Shown here: positions 1-10,082 of the stretch, one piece after another
Layout of the letters: every line of letters begins with the position of its first letter
Numbering within the stretch: the stretch's first letter is position 1
Source of the DNA: Octopus sinensis
Lineage: Eukaryota
Length of the DNA: 23,877 bases
Reading direction: 5' to 3'
NCBI RefSeq assembly: GCF_006345805.1
Contig: NW_021836528.1
Span: forward strand, 1 to 23,877
Position numbers and translations under genes: made by a program
Notes under the pieces: generated by a model
Database searches by the model: none
The model's input: the letters and a program-made list of their open reading frames with translations, nothing else
Told to the model about the DNA's origin: nothing

Positions 1-24
1 TATATGTGTGTGTGTGTGTGTGTG

Positions 25-58
<34 letters not shown>

Positions 59-62
59 TGTA
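1..62. repeat. (TG)n/(TATG)n microsatellite
   Basis: Direct reading: a tgtg run followed by about 9 tatg units. Confidence 0.95.
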
Positions 63-1124
63 TTATGAATGTATGTATGTAGCGGGATGTGATGTTGAGG
101 GATCAACGTAAGTTGTCAGGTATAGCAGATGATGTTAGGCATGTTAGACCAGTATCGATGAAAAATAACGAAGAAAGAATAGGAATGTATTTTACATTAT
201 TTATTTGGTCATAGTTGCATTCACTTGTTGGATACTGAAAGCTTGATTTGAAATATGAACAAATATGCAGCTACATAATGCAGGCAGCTACTTCGAGTCA
301 GTTGTGTACACAGAGAAATGTGTGAAGTAAAACAGAGGAAAGAGAATGTTGATGGGATGAGATAGTACAAAAACATATATTGTGTCTGTGTGTGCATTCG
401 CCCATTGCTTCTGCTGTGTTGTCTCTCTACCTTGTTGCTCTGCTGACTGTCCGTGTTTGCCTATGGGCTGGTATTTATAAAGGCCCATTCTAGCTAGAAG
501 GATGAATATATCATTATAAGAGTGGCTTATACACATTTAGGCCACTTGCTGTCCATTTGAACTTTCTGTGACACAGCCAGGTCAAAGGTTGAGCGGAAAC
601 TCATCAATCATTTTGACAGAACAAAGAAATTTTCCTGCTTGGTCAGCAAATAGTGGGTGGATCTGGTGAGCAAGAATTCTTAGATTCAGTTTCAAATCTC
701 AGCCAGGAAAATAAAATGTAATTTCCACACTACCTCCACCTCAAAGAGCCAAAGAGATTGAACATGTGAAGTTGAAAATGGATGTGCAAACAATTGAATA
801 CTTCTCAAACAGGTGAAGAAAAAATGTTTTGAAAACAAAGCAAAATATATGTGCATGCAAGAAAATGTAATTTTACAGAAATAAAAATGTTCATGCAAAA
901 AGTTCTTTGATTAAATGTTCAAGTCAGTTCAATTAGCAGAACAAGATGCTGATTATATAAAAAATGTTTTTCGTAATTTTTTTTTATGTTTGTATGTGAG
1001 TGATGTATAGTCACTTGGGTAATGTGTGTGGCAATTGCTCATAACCATGAAAATGCATATTTTTTTTTGTTGAAGTGGACATTTCAATTGAAATGACACC
1101 TAGCTGGAGAATTTGTACTCATCT

Positions 1125-2317
1125 GAAAGACTTGAACATAATTTGCAGCCATCAAACTGTTCTTCCCAATTTGGTGTGCTGGGGTTGTGCAGAATTCAAG
1201 GCGTTTGTGAAAGGTGAAGCTGACATTGTTGAGTTTGTTTGGGAAATGGTAGGAACTGGTGGTAAATCTGGTTCGACAAATGCTTTTCCCAAACAATCAA
1301 TGCTGACAGTATTTTGTTTTTTGCTTATATTCAGAATGAAATATTTTGTTTTCCTGTCGATTATTGTTTTCCTGTCGATTATCCAGAAAAAGGTGGTCAA
1401 AGTTGCTAAGGAAAACCATCATTCTGAACAAAAACATATTTCCGTATATTGATGTCCTCTGGGACATGTGTAGCAACATTCTGCTGTTGAGGGCTTGCAG
1501 GTGAAAGATGGAACATAGATGTCCACAAACGACTGACATATTTTGAAGGATCAGGAAGAGACTTTAGAGAAACAGGTGTTAGCATTTGACCAGGTAAAGT
1601 CAATGCCATCCCATAAACAAATTCAGCCAGAGTATGTCTGACTCACTCCTTAACCATGGATTGAATACCAAGGAGGATGAGTGGAAGATATTCCAGCCAG
1701 TTGGAGCAGTCTGGATAGGCTTTAATAGCTGCCTTAAGTTGGCAGTGAAAGCATTTAACCATGCCATTTGCTGATGGGTGATATACTGTTGTCATTTCAG
1801 TGAAGAGGTGAGAATTGAACTGACATCCTCTGTCAGTGGTGATTGTCGCAGGTGTGCCAAAAGGTGAAACCCAGTAAAACACTAGCATTTTGGCGACAGT
1901 TTCTACGGAAGTATCCAATGGGGGAAAAGCTTCCAATCAGCGAGAAAATCTGTCGACACAGGCGAGGTGAGTGCAGTAGTTAGAAGGAGGCAAAGGTCCA
2001 ATAATGTCGATGTGCATGTATTGAAAATATGCATCAGGAGTTGCAAATGAACTGATAGGAGATTTAATGTGTCTGTTAGGAGTTGTGTCACATGCTTTTT
2101 GGCATGGGACACAGTTCCTAACCTATTCGTGGGTGTCCTTGTTGGGTCACACAAAACAGGTCAATATCAGCTTTTGTGTGATGTAGACACCAGGATGTGC
2201 TAGGGAATGCAATGCAAAGTGTAGTGTGGTGGAGGAAAAAGACAACATAAAAAGAAACATATGGGAGAAAGAAATACAATGACCTTACCTGTTGACCTTG
2301 GTGGGATGAGCGATAAT
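1125..2317 (-). mobile_element. Degenerate Gypsy (CsRN1-like) integrase remnant
   Basis: Minus-strand pieces across frames: HSLAHPGV..TQKLI (zinc-finger His), C-x2-C (CVPCQK), PDAYFQYMHIDIIGPLPPS..CVDRFSR*LEAFP (first D), WVSPFGTPATITTDRGCQF (second D), TTVYHPSANGMV, WLEYLPLILLGI, LPGQM..DPSKYVSRL, TVSIDCL. Contains stops, frameshifts and a deletion between LFTEM and TTVYHP. The CsRN1 assignment is from motif recognition. Confidence 0.85.
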
Positions 2318-2510
2318 TGTCAAGAAATAGATACGTCCTTGCATGCTGCCGTCTCTTCCCGAACTGCCCGCACTTGTTTCCTGCCCACGCATGCCCTGTG
2401 GCTGTGCCACAGGCCCCTGCAGTCTTCACTTGCATCTGCCTCATCTGCAATCCTCTCCACCAACACCACATAGCTCATCACAGCCCATAACACCACTAAC
2501 ACCACACACA
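2318..2510 (-). repeat. Candidate 3' LTR (193 bp) of the second LTR element
   Basis: TGT...ACA termini (tgt 2318-2320, aca 2508-2510). On the minus strand it is directly preceded by a short purine-rich tract (AGATCAGGGG, 2511-2520) about 50 bp after the integrase stop. CsRN1 coding sequence resumes right after 2317. No 5' LTR is present to confirm it. Confidence 0.5.
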
Positions 2511-2572
2511 CCCCTGATCTACAGATCATTCAACCGGCTTTCCCACTCACTCCTCACTCCCGAACTCACACT

Positions 2573-4790
2573 TTAACTGGTTTCATAATCAGCCAACCAG
2601 GGAGGAGGGTGCCACTGTCTGTGGTCACCGTGCAACCCTGGGACTGGCCTGAGTTCCTGGCATGCTGCTGCTGGCTTCATCATCTTGCCTACTGATACTG
2701 TCTTCATCTTCTTGCCTACTGTTGCTGTCTTCATCTTCTTGCCCACTGCTGCTGGTTCCATCCTCTGAGGCATTGACAATCTTCCGCACATCCAAAACGA
2801 GGTGTGGAATACCATCGACTTTCCCCATCATGATGTACACCATGTGTTTGGGGGTTTTACCCAAACTTCTTCCCCTACCTGCACGAAGGCATGCTCTTCT
2901 GTCCCGGGTCGCATCGATGCAATACACGGATGCCTCCACTCGTACCTGAATATTGCTCTGTGTGACACCAACTCCTCAGCCTGTCCTGACCTGGGTGACA
3001 TATTGTACCAGAATACGGCCTCATTTGGTGAAATGTGGCCGCTCTCTGCCATGGTCTTGATGGTACGATGGTACCATTTCTACTTGGCCGGTATGCTGCC
3101 ATGAAGAAGTGGTTGACCTGCCATTTATCAAGCATTTCTTTCAGCACCTCCGAGCGAAATGCAGTGCCATTATCCAGAAGCAGCTCATCCATGGGGCCTC
3201 GTTCCAGGAATATCTCATTTAGTACTTTCACGATTTCCTCTGCAGTCCCCGTCTTCATCTCCCTCCATATGACCAACCGCCCCAATCCGCAGTCAACCAT
3301 TGAGAGGTATGTCCCCTGCCAGTAGTGTGTTATGTCCACCTCCAGTCATTTCCAGTTGTGGTCCACTTGAATACTTCCTGCCTCATGTGCACCCAGAGCA
3401 GGGTCAATGGACTGACACCTGTCACAGCTGCTAACCACTCTCTGCATGCTTCATCTTGTTACATTGGAGTCGACTTTCCTGTCCCTCCCCATGGTATGCA
3501 ATCTCCTCAACTTTGAGCCACTCAGACAGCATACTGCAGCCACAGCCTGCTCAGCATCCTCTGGAAACTGCAACCAGGCTCGCTTTACCCTGGTCAGGAT
3601 GTCTGCCCTGTTCTTCTCAGAAAGTACAAAGATCACGCTCAGCCTCAGATCGAACTCAGCGGTTAGTTCATGCAGTATCCCCAATCAACGCTTTACCAAC
3701 ATCACTGCGGCCCCTTTGGTTTGCACCCTCCACACATTGATGTCACCCAACCAAGTACAGTGGCTGAATCAGTCCTGATTTTTATGGTGCACAGCCCCCA
3801 CTTCAAGGCTAGGTTCACTCCCTTCAACACAGCATCCAACTCTGCCACATTGATATGATTGCAGTCATCTGTGTCCCTGAGCCAGGCTGCATCTTCCACC
3901 GTGACACCTCCCACTTCCAAGATAACCCCTATTGCTATGCTACTGGCGTCACACTATACAATCCTGCTCTTTGCTTTGGGAACATACCAACTGCCCTCGC
4001 TGGATCCTCTGCTCTCACTCTGACCAAGACTTCCTGTATCATGTCGGTCGTCTTCTCCCCCACTCTATCGTTCCACTTTGCTCCTTCGGCTTGTCCCTTG
4101 ATGAAGTTACATGCTGTCCAAAGCCATCCTGCAATCGGGTAGTGTCCCACCAGCTTCCCACACACCGAGAACAGTTCCCGTCTACTCATGCTGGTGCCCA
4201 GTTCGGGAATCTCGTTTCCTCGCCAGAACACCAATGCGCCGGCCTTGTCTCTCCATAGCTTGAGGCCCAGTGCAGCGCCTCCCTCCATTGCTCCTGGTGG
4301 TTTGGCGATCACTCCAAAACTCTTCAGGTGGCCTATGACCTCCATTGCTGGCATTACGGTTTCATCCACCAGAATGTCATCAATGTACGAATTGGTGGCC
4401 CTTTTTACTCTGTCCACCTTTCCCAGGATGGCCTTGAGAATTGTCGCCATAATCTTTGGTGCTGAATTTAGCCCGAACTCCAACCTGGTCAGGCAGTATG
4501 TCCGGCCCTTATACCTGACAAGCTGATACTTCCACAGTCTCTCTGTTACATGCACTTTCATGCCGACTTCAAATCGACGATTGTGGAGGCCCCTGTCATC
4601 TGCCTCCACTCTCGCAAGGTAACCCTGCAGACATCTGTGGCCTCGCCGCCCGTATGACATATGTGGTCATTCAACTCTCGGAAGTCAAGCACCAGTAGCA
4701 AATGACCTCAGGCTTGGGTGACTTGCAGTCTCGTACCATGTGCAGGCCCTGACACCAGAAACACTGTCCTTTGAATGGTCGCACATGTTC
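2573..4790 (-). mobile_element. Internally deleted LTR retrotransposon: gag knuckles, RT, RNase H, DDE integrase
   Basis: Gag knuckles 4689-4763 (CFWCQGP/HMVRDC..CYWC). RT: LDFRELN, VDLKSA, YCLTRLEFGLNSAP, YIDD at 4376-4387. RNase H: HINVAELDAVLKG, IRTDSATVLGWV, SEKNRADILTR. Integrase: C-x2-CQSIDPA, DITHY..MVDCG, LLDNGTAF, AYRPSRNG, VWVKPPN. Order RT-RH-IN; multiple frameshifts and stops. Confidence 0.9.
2675..2755. repeat. 27-bp tandem repeat x3 in the integrase C-terminal tail
   Basis: Three copies of cttcatc(a/t)tcttgcc(t/c)actgntrctgk, encoding SSSGQEDED / SNSRQEDED / SISRQDDEA on the minus strand. Confidence 0.9.
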
Positions 4791-4865
4791 TTTGTTTGAC
4801 CCCTCTCCGCTACTCCTTGCTCATCTTGTTTGCTCGGGTGACTCTACAGCTTCCAAGACTACAAT

Positions 4866-5553
4866 TGTATTCATCTTGGCTTAGATAAAATGACTAAATT
4901 AAGGGGTCTTACTAACTCTTAAGAAGTTGAAATTTTAGAAATATTACTTCATTTGTGTTTAATATCTGTCGTTAAAATTTCATTAACAGCAAAAATACAT
5001 GAATTTTCACGGGGTTATAGCCTCATTTATGCTCTCTTACTTTCAAACATATATTGCATTACATCTGTCCTTAATCAGAGAATATAATATCCAAATTTCA
5101 TAAAGATCCATTCAGTACTTTTGACCTAGTTTTGGATCATAAAAAGTGACTAAAATTTTGGAGTTAAGGCCCCCATTAGGGGGTCTTAGAATCCTCATGA
5201 GAAGCAGAAACTTTAAGAATACTTCTTGATGTGTGCCAATTACCCATGGTTGAAAATTCATCAACATCAAAAATTTACGAATTTTCTTGGGGGTTCTGCC
5301 CACTTCAAGCCATCTCCCATTCAAACCAAACATATTGTTTCATACCCACCCTTATGCATTGAATCTAAGTTCCAAATCTCATAAGAATCCATTCAGTAAT
5401 TTTGGTCCATGAAATTGTATGAAATACACAGCATTACCCTTCTCCCTAGGCTTGGATTTTGTGTTCCAAATTTCATTAGGATCAGTGCAGTAGTTTTCGA
5501 ATGTATGAGTAACACACGAAAACACATAAAGACATTGACTTTCATATAACAGA
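4866..5553 (-). mobile_element. Eroded non-autonomous Helitron/Helentron (DINE-like) element
   Basis: The minus-strand start A|TCTGTTATATGAAAGTCAATGTC...ACTACTGCACTGATCCTAATGAAATTTGG resembles known DINE/HINE and invertebrate Helitron ends. The motif CCAAAT(T/C)TCAT..GAT...CAGTA.TTTT occurs three times (about 5091, 5372, 5466). Left boundary uncertain. Confidence 0.5.
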
Positions 5554-5574
5554 TATGAATATGCATATATACAT

Positions 5575-5595
5575 ACATGTATATATGTGTGTGTG

Positions 5596-5646
<51 letters not shown>
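5575..5646. repeat. (TG)/(TA)n microsatellite
   Basis: Direct reading. Confidence 0.95.
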
Positions 5647-5650
<4 letters not shown>

Positions 5651-6067
5651 ATAAAAACGGTAAGACAACAAAACAATGAAAGAGACCTCGATATTATGTA
5701 AATAGAGGAATTTATCTGTAAATGTAATATGTGACAATTATTCGGTAGCCATGATAAAACTCTGAGATTCGGATGCCGAGGTGGAAATCCATGCCGCCAT
5801 CTCTTCAGTTATCCGGCCATCGGAAAAAATTCTATGAAAAATGACCGTTATACAAAATTACTGTGTGATTAACCGTTATTAAGACAAAAGAGCTATTCGA
5901 ATGACCGCTAAGTGAGGGGAGGGAGTAAAAATAAAGGGGTAAAAAGGTTCATAGTATTCGCGTAAGCGTGCATGTTCATATCTACACATGTGCGCCCGCA
6001 CACCCACGTGCATGAGCCTAAAACTATACTCATCCACCCTCACTTGAAACGCACACAACCTCACCCA
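5647..6067 (-). mobile_element. Penelope-type non-coding (pLTR-like) fragment
   Basis: Contains a type I HHR motif, ends in (TA)n about 110 nt past the predicted cleavage site, and abuts the truncated Tx1 copy at 6067/6068. The PLE assignment is inferred from the HHR type and context; no PLE ORF is present. Confidence 0.5.
5753..5813 (-). ncRNA. Type I hammerhead ribozyme motif, probably inactivated
   Basis: GAUAA-CUGAAGA-[GAUG..UGGA/UCCA..CAUC]C-GAAU-CUCAGAG-UU/UUAUC. Helix I is 5 bp (GAUAA/UUAUC); helix III is near-palindromic; predicted site GUU. The core GAAA reads GAAU, so A15.1 is lost. Confidence 0.6.
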
Positions 6068-8192
6068 CACCGCCTCGTATCCTCTGATAGCCTCTTCCAC
6101 ACAAGGTAGCTGGGCCTCATTGGACACGATGAGGGTGACGTCATCCGCGTAAGCAGTAACCGACCTCCCACCTCCGATCTCATCCGAGTTGCTTCCCAGC
6201 CTCTCCAACTTTCGCAGCAATGGCTCAAGAGCCAACACGTACAAAAGTGGTGACAAGGGGCACCCTTGACGAACTGAACATTCAATCGAAAACGGTTCCG
6301 TTAGGTAACCGTTTATCTGGACGGTGGACTTGATGCCGCTATACATAGCGGAGATCCACCCGCGAAATTCAGGGCCCAGTCCAGCCGCTTCGAGGACCGT
6401 CGCCAGGTACTCATGGTCTACCCTATCGAAGGCTTTACTTTGGTCTAAATGGACCATTACCCCTCCCTTGCCGGTTAATTTACCCACCCTGTCTAAGGTG
6501 TAGCGTATAAGGTGAAGATTGTCCTGGATCGACCTGCCTGGAATTGCACATGTCTGTGCTCTCCCTACAAGTTTCTCCATGACCGTCAACCTTTTTGCCA
6601 ACACCTTGGCCAAAATCTTTAACTCTACATTAAGTAGAGTTATGGGCCTGTAGTTACTAATGTTATCCCCCTTGCTCGGGTCTTTCTGGATTAGCGTCAC
6701 CACTCCCCGGCTTACAGAGCTGGGAATTCTCCCATTCTGCTGCCAGTTCGTGTAGACGCCTGCCAATATTCCCCCGAACAAGTCCGGCATACTTTGGTAA
6801 AACTCGTAGGGCACCAACCATCCAACCCCGCCGACTTCTCCCCGGCGCATCCGGCCAGTATCCCCTCTATCTCCGCGGAGTGATCGCTCCTTCACAGCAC
6901 TCCGCCTCACGCCCCGAGAGCCGCGGTCCGCCGGCCAGGAAGTCCTTTAAGGTCCTCCCCCGCTCCGGCGCCACACCACCCCCGAACACGCGGGCGAAAT
7001 GCTGGTGAAGAAACTTTTGCATCTCCTCCTGTCCATAGATCTTTTGTCCCTGTTCGTCAGTTAAAGATTTGATTGAGGCTTTGTTGCCTCTCTGACTCTC
7101 CACACGACGGGCCCATCCGGCCACGTTAATACCTTCTCGTTTCCCAGCGCGTAGCTTAGCTCTGACTCTGCAACCTTCGTGTTTGGAGTTAAGGTGACGG
7201 TACAATACCGTCCTTGCCGCCAACACTCCGGATGCCGAGCCAGCTTCCATTGCCTCGTCTAGATTCTTAACTAAATCGCCCTCTAGACTAGCCCTATCTA
7301 TCCTTAGCTGATTGCTAAATCTAACGGACTCTGAACGAATGACTCTTTTGAGGGAGTGCCACCATCTATTGTTAATGATGGTGCCACACAATGCCCTCTG
7401 TACTAATACCTTAATCCGGGTACGGAAGTCTTCACAATTCAAAATAGCCTTGTTCAGCTTCCAGTACCCGGGTCCTTGTCTATGACACTTGTCCACTGCA
7501 TCTCACACGTCCACAAATTTGTGATCCGAGTAAGGCACAATGTGGAACTGTGGACAACTAAACGTGTCCTTATCTCTTTTCTTAATAAATATCCTATCTA
7601 AATACGATCTGCGTGAGCCGTCGTTGTTACTCCACGTCCACTGTGGAACGCTCGGCTCATCCAGTCGGTAACGGCGGTCTACTAGATCAAAGCTCTCTAG
7701 TAGACCCTTGAGGCTAGGGTTCCCCTTCCTATTGGTTGAGCCAACACTGTCGACCCGCGCTTCAAGGACAGTGTTAAAGTCCCCTACTAGGATTACCGTT
7801 TTCGACGTCGCTAAAAAGGGCTCCAGGTTCCGAAAAAAACCCGCCTGTCTACTCTCGTTCGGAGCGTAGACAGCTACCAACCTGAAGGACTGTTTACTTA
7901 CGTGTGTCACATCCAGAACAACCAGCCTGCCTTCTGGGTCCAGAAAGACAGTACTTACCTGTAAGTCCAAGCTCTTCCTGATAAGGACTGCCACGCCTCT
8001 GCCTCTTCCTCGGCTAGGAGAAATAAATTTCTCGAAGCCATTTAGAAGAGGCGAGAACGCTTGGGCCCCGTTCATCTTGGACTCGGTTGCAATAGCTATA
8101 TCAACACCATGTGTCGTGAGGTCGTGCAGGAAGCAAATTTGCTTCCATTTCGACCCCATTCCACGTACATTTATACAACCCAACTTAGCCAT
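6068..8192 (-). pseudogene. Tx1 ORF2 (APE endonuclease + RT), frameshifted and truncated after GYEAV
   Basis: MAKLGCINVRG, IATESK, LVGDFN, SYLDRIF, SDHKFV, GPGYWKLN, NYRPITLLNVELKILAK, LDQSKAFDRVDH, VRQGCPLSPLLY, AYADD. Confidence 0.9.
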
Positions 8193-8220
8193 TGTAGGTG
8201 AGAGAGAAAAATAAATGTAC

Positions 8221-9646
8221 TCACGTTTGGAAAGGGAGCATGACAGTTTAAATCTGCCTGCTTCCCCTTCTTCCTCCCTTGTAGTCGCTGCTGCAGGGCT
8301 CTTGACCGGCGTTGCCACCGGGCTCTGGGTGGGTGTGGTTGCCGGGGTTATTACAAGTTTGCCCTCCATTACTTCTTTAGTCACGTCTCTGATCAGTCGG
8401 TTCTTTAGATGCTCTTGAAGAACTTCTTCCTTCCACTCGTCTTCCTTTATTTTCGCGAGCGAGTGGTTGCTTTTGTATCTGTAGCCTTACTATATAACAT
8501 AAATTTTGATAATTTATAATATTTATAAACTCTTTCATTTTTCTCATCGAAAGCAATGATCTTCTCATTGTTTTTTAACGACTTTTTTACGTCTTGTTTT
8601 ATGGGGAGGGGCTTGGCAAACTGTTTCCCAATGAAAACAGTGCCATGGGGGTAGGGCTGGGGGATTTGCTTGGTGTGTGTGTCTGCTGTCTTTTTCTTTG
8701 TTTGGGGAGGGGAGTCCGGGGTGTTGTCTTTTTTTCTTTTATGTGTGACTTGGGTGTAGTCCATTTGTTCGGTGCAATCCGTTTTTGTTTCAATACTTGT
8801 CTTCGTCTTGTTACTATCCTTCTCTGTCTTCTCCCCCTCAGTGTTGGGAACACTCTGAGGAGGCGCTTCATCTGTTTTCTTCTTTTTTATGCAGTTCGAT
8901 CGGACGTGACCCTTTTCTCCACACTTAAAACATCTGGGTCTACGTCCCTCTACTGATACTCTCATTGATGTTCCGTCTTCATTGAATATCCTATCGGGCA
9001 GGTTTTCTAAAATTTTGTTTTCCGCCTGCACGAGGAGTTCCAGGGTCTGTCCCTTCCATCGTACCACCTCTTTCTTTCTCATCTGCAGAATCGAGATCTC
9101 CCGCTCAATATTGTGCAGGACCGCTGCTGCTACCCACATAATGTCGTACCCTCTGGGTATGTCCTCAACCAGCAGTTTTGCTGTACGTTTTCCCATGTAC
9201 GAGGGTAGCAGCATGATGTCGTCGTTTTTCAGGGTCAATGACGACACCTCTCTCGCTACCTCGGCTGTGTCAAAATGTGCCTCAACCGTAGCACTACGCG
9301 CACCTCGGACGAGATGACGAATTTTGTCCCACACCGGGGACAGGCACTTTTCGACCAATTCATTTCTTACTTCCATTATTTTCTTCTCTTTGAAGCTGTA
9401 TACTTTATAAATGACTGTTTTCTCCTTAATCTCTTGTACCTTTGCCTGTGGCGGTACAAGCCTGATTTCGCCTCCTTCCACCTTCACCAGGTTCCTGAAT
9501 TCGAACAATTGTTCGATTTTGAACTCCACATCCATCATGGCACCGCCCACCGCGGCCGAAAATGACTGTTTTGGTACTTCTGTTTCCTTTGTTTCACTTT
9601 TTCCCATCACGGGAAAATCCTCCTTCGACGTCAAGTCGAATTCCAT
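8221..9646 (-). CDS. Tx1 ORF1 (nucleic-acid-binding, CCHC zinc knuckle), copy A; one frameshift near 8455
   Basis: Starts MEFDLTSKEDF; contains RCFKCGEKGHVRSNC (CX2CX4HX4C) followed by a low-complexity K/T/P tail. The stop position is inferred from copy B. Confidence 0.8.
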
Positions 9647-10082
9647 TTCAAAAATTACCTCGAAGGTAATAACAATACAGGTAATACAATACAAAACTTT
9701 CTGCCCCTTAGGGCGAAAATTACCGTTATACAACGGGCACTGTTCAATAACAAGCAACACAAACAACAATAAGCAAAAATACGAACTCTCTCAAATAAAG
9801 GCAGCTAATTCCTCAGAACGCAGATGAAAAGTAACTCCGTAGAATTCGTCGTAATTTCTTTATTATGATTATATAATCTTACACATAGAATTACAATTAC
9901 AAAACAAACATGTAAAACAAATAATTAAGAGGTTCGCTTTTAAAAAAAATTTTTTTTTATAACATTTATATTAAAAATTCGTCTCTAAATTGTCCTTTGT
10001 ATAACCAGTCGCATCTTATCACAGTTCAAACCCCGGCAATTTACAAGCCCCGCAGCTTTTATTTCCTCTCCTCCCTCCATAG

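Larger units (their letters stand above)
6068..9853 (-). mobile_element. Tx1-clade (L1 group) non-LTR retrotransposon, copy A, 3'-truncated
   Basis: ORF1 with a CCHC knuckle and ORF2 with APE endonuclease and RT. Homology to copy B starts at 6068 (just past YADD) and ends at 9853. Confidence 0.9.

Noticed and set aside
63-1120. Short ORFs and possible host exons
   Set aside because: No recognisable domain, splice pattern or element termini; left unannotated.
8190-8460. Apparent in-frame ORF1-ORF2 fusion in both Tx1 copies
   Set aside because: Copy A lacks one base near 8225 and copy B lacks one near 13578. Restoring each gives a TGA followed by a 28-nt spacer and the ORF2 ATG, the normal two-ORF layout.
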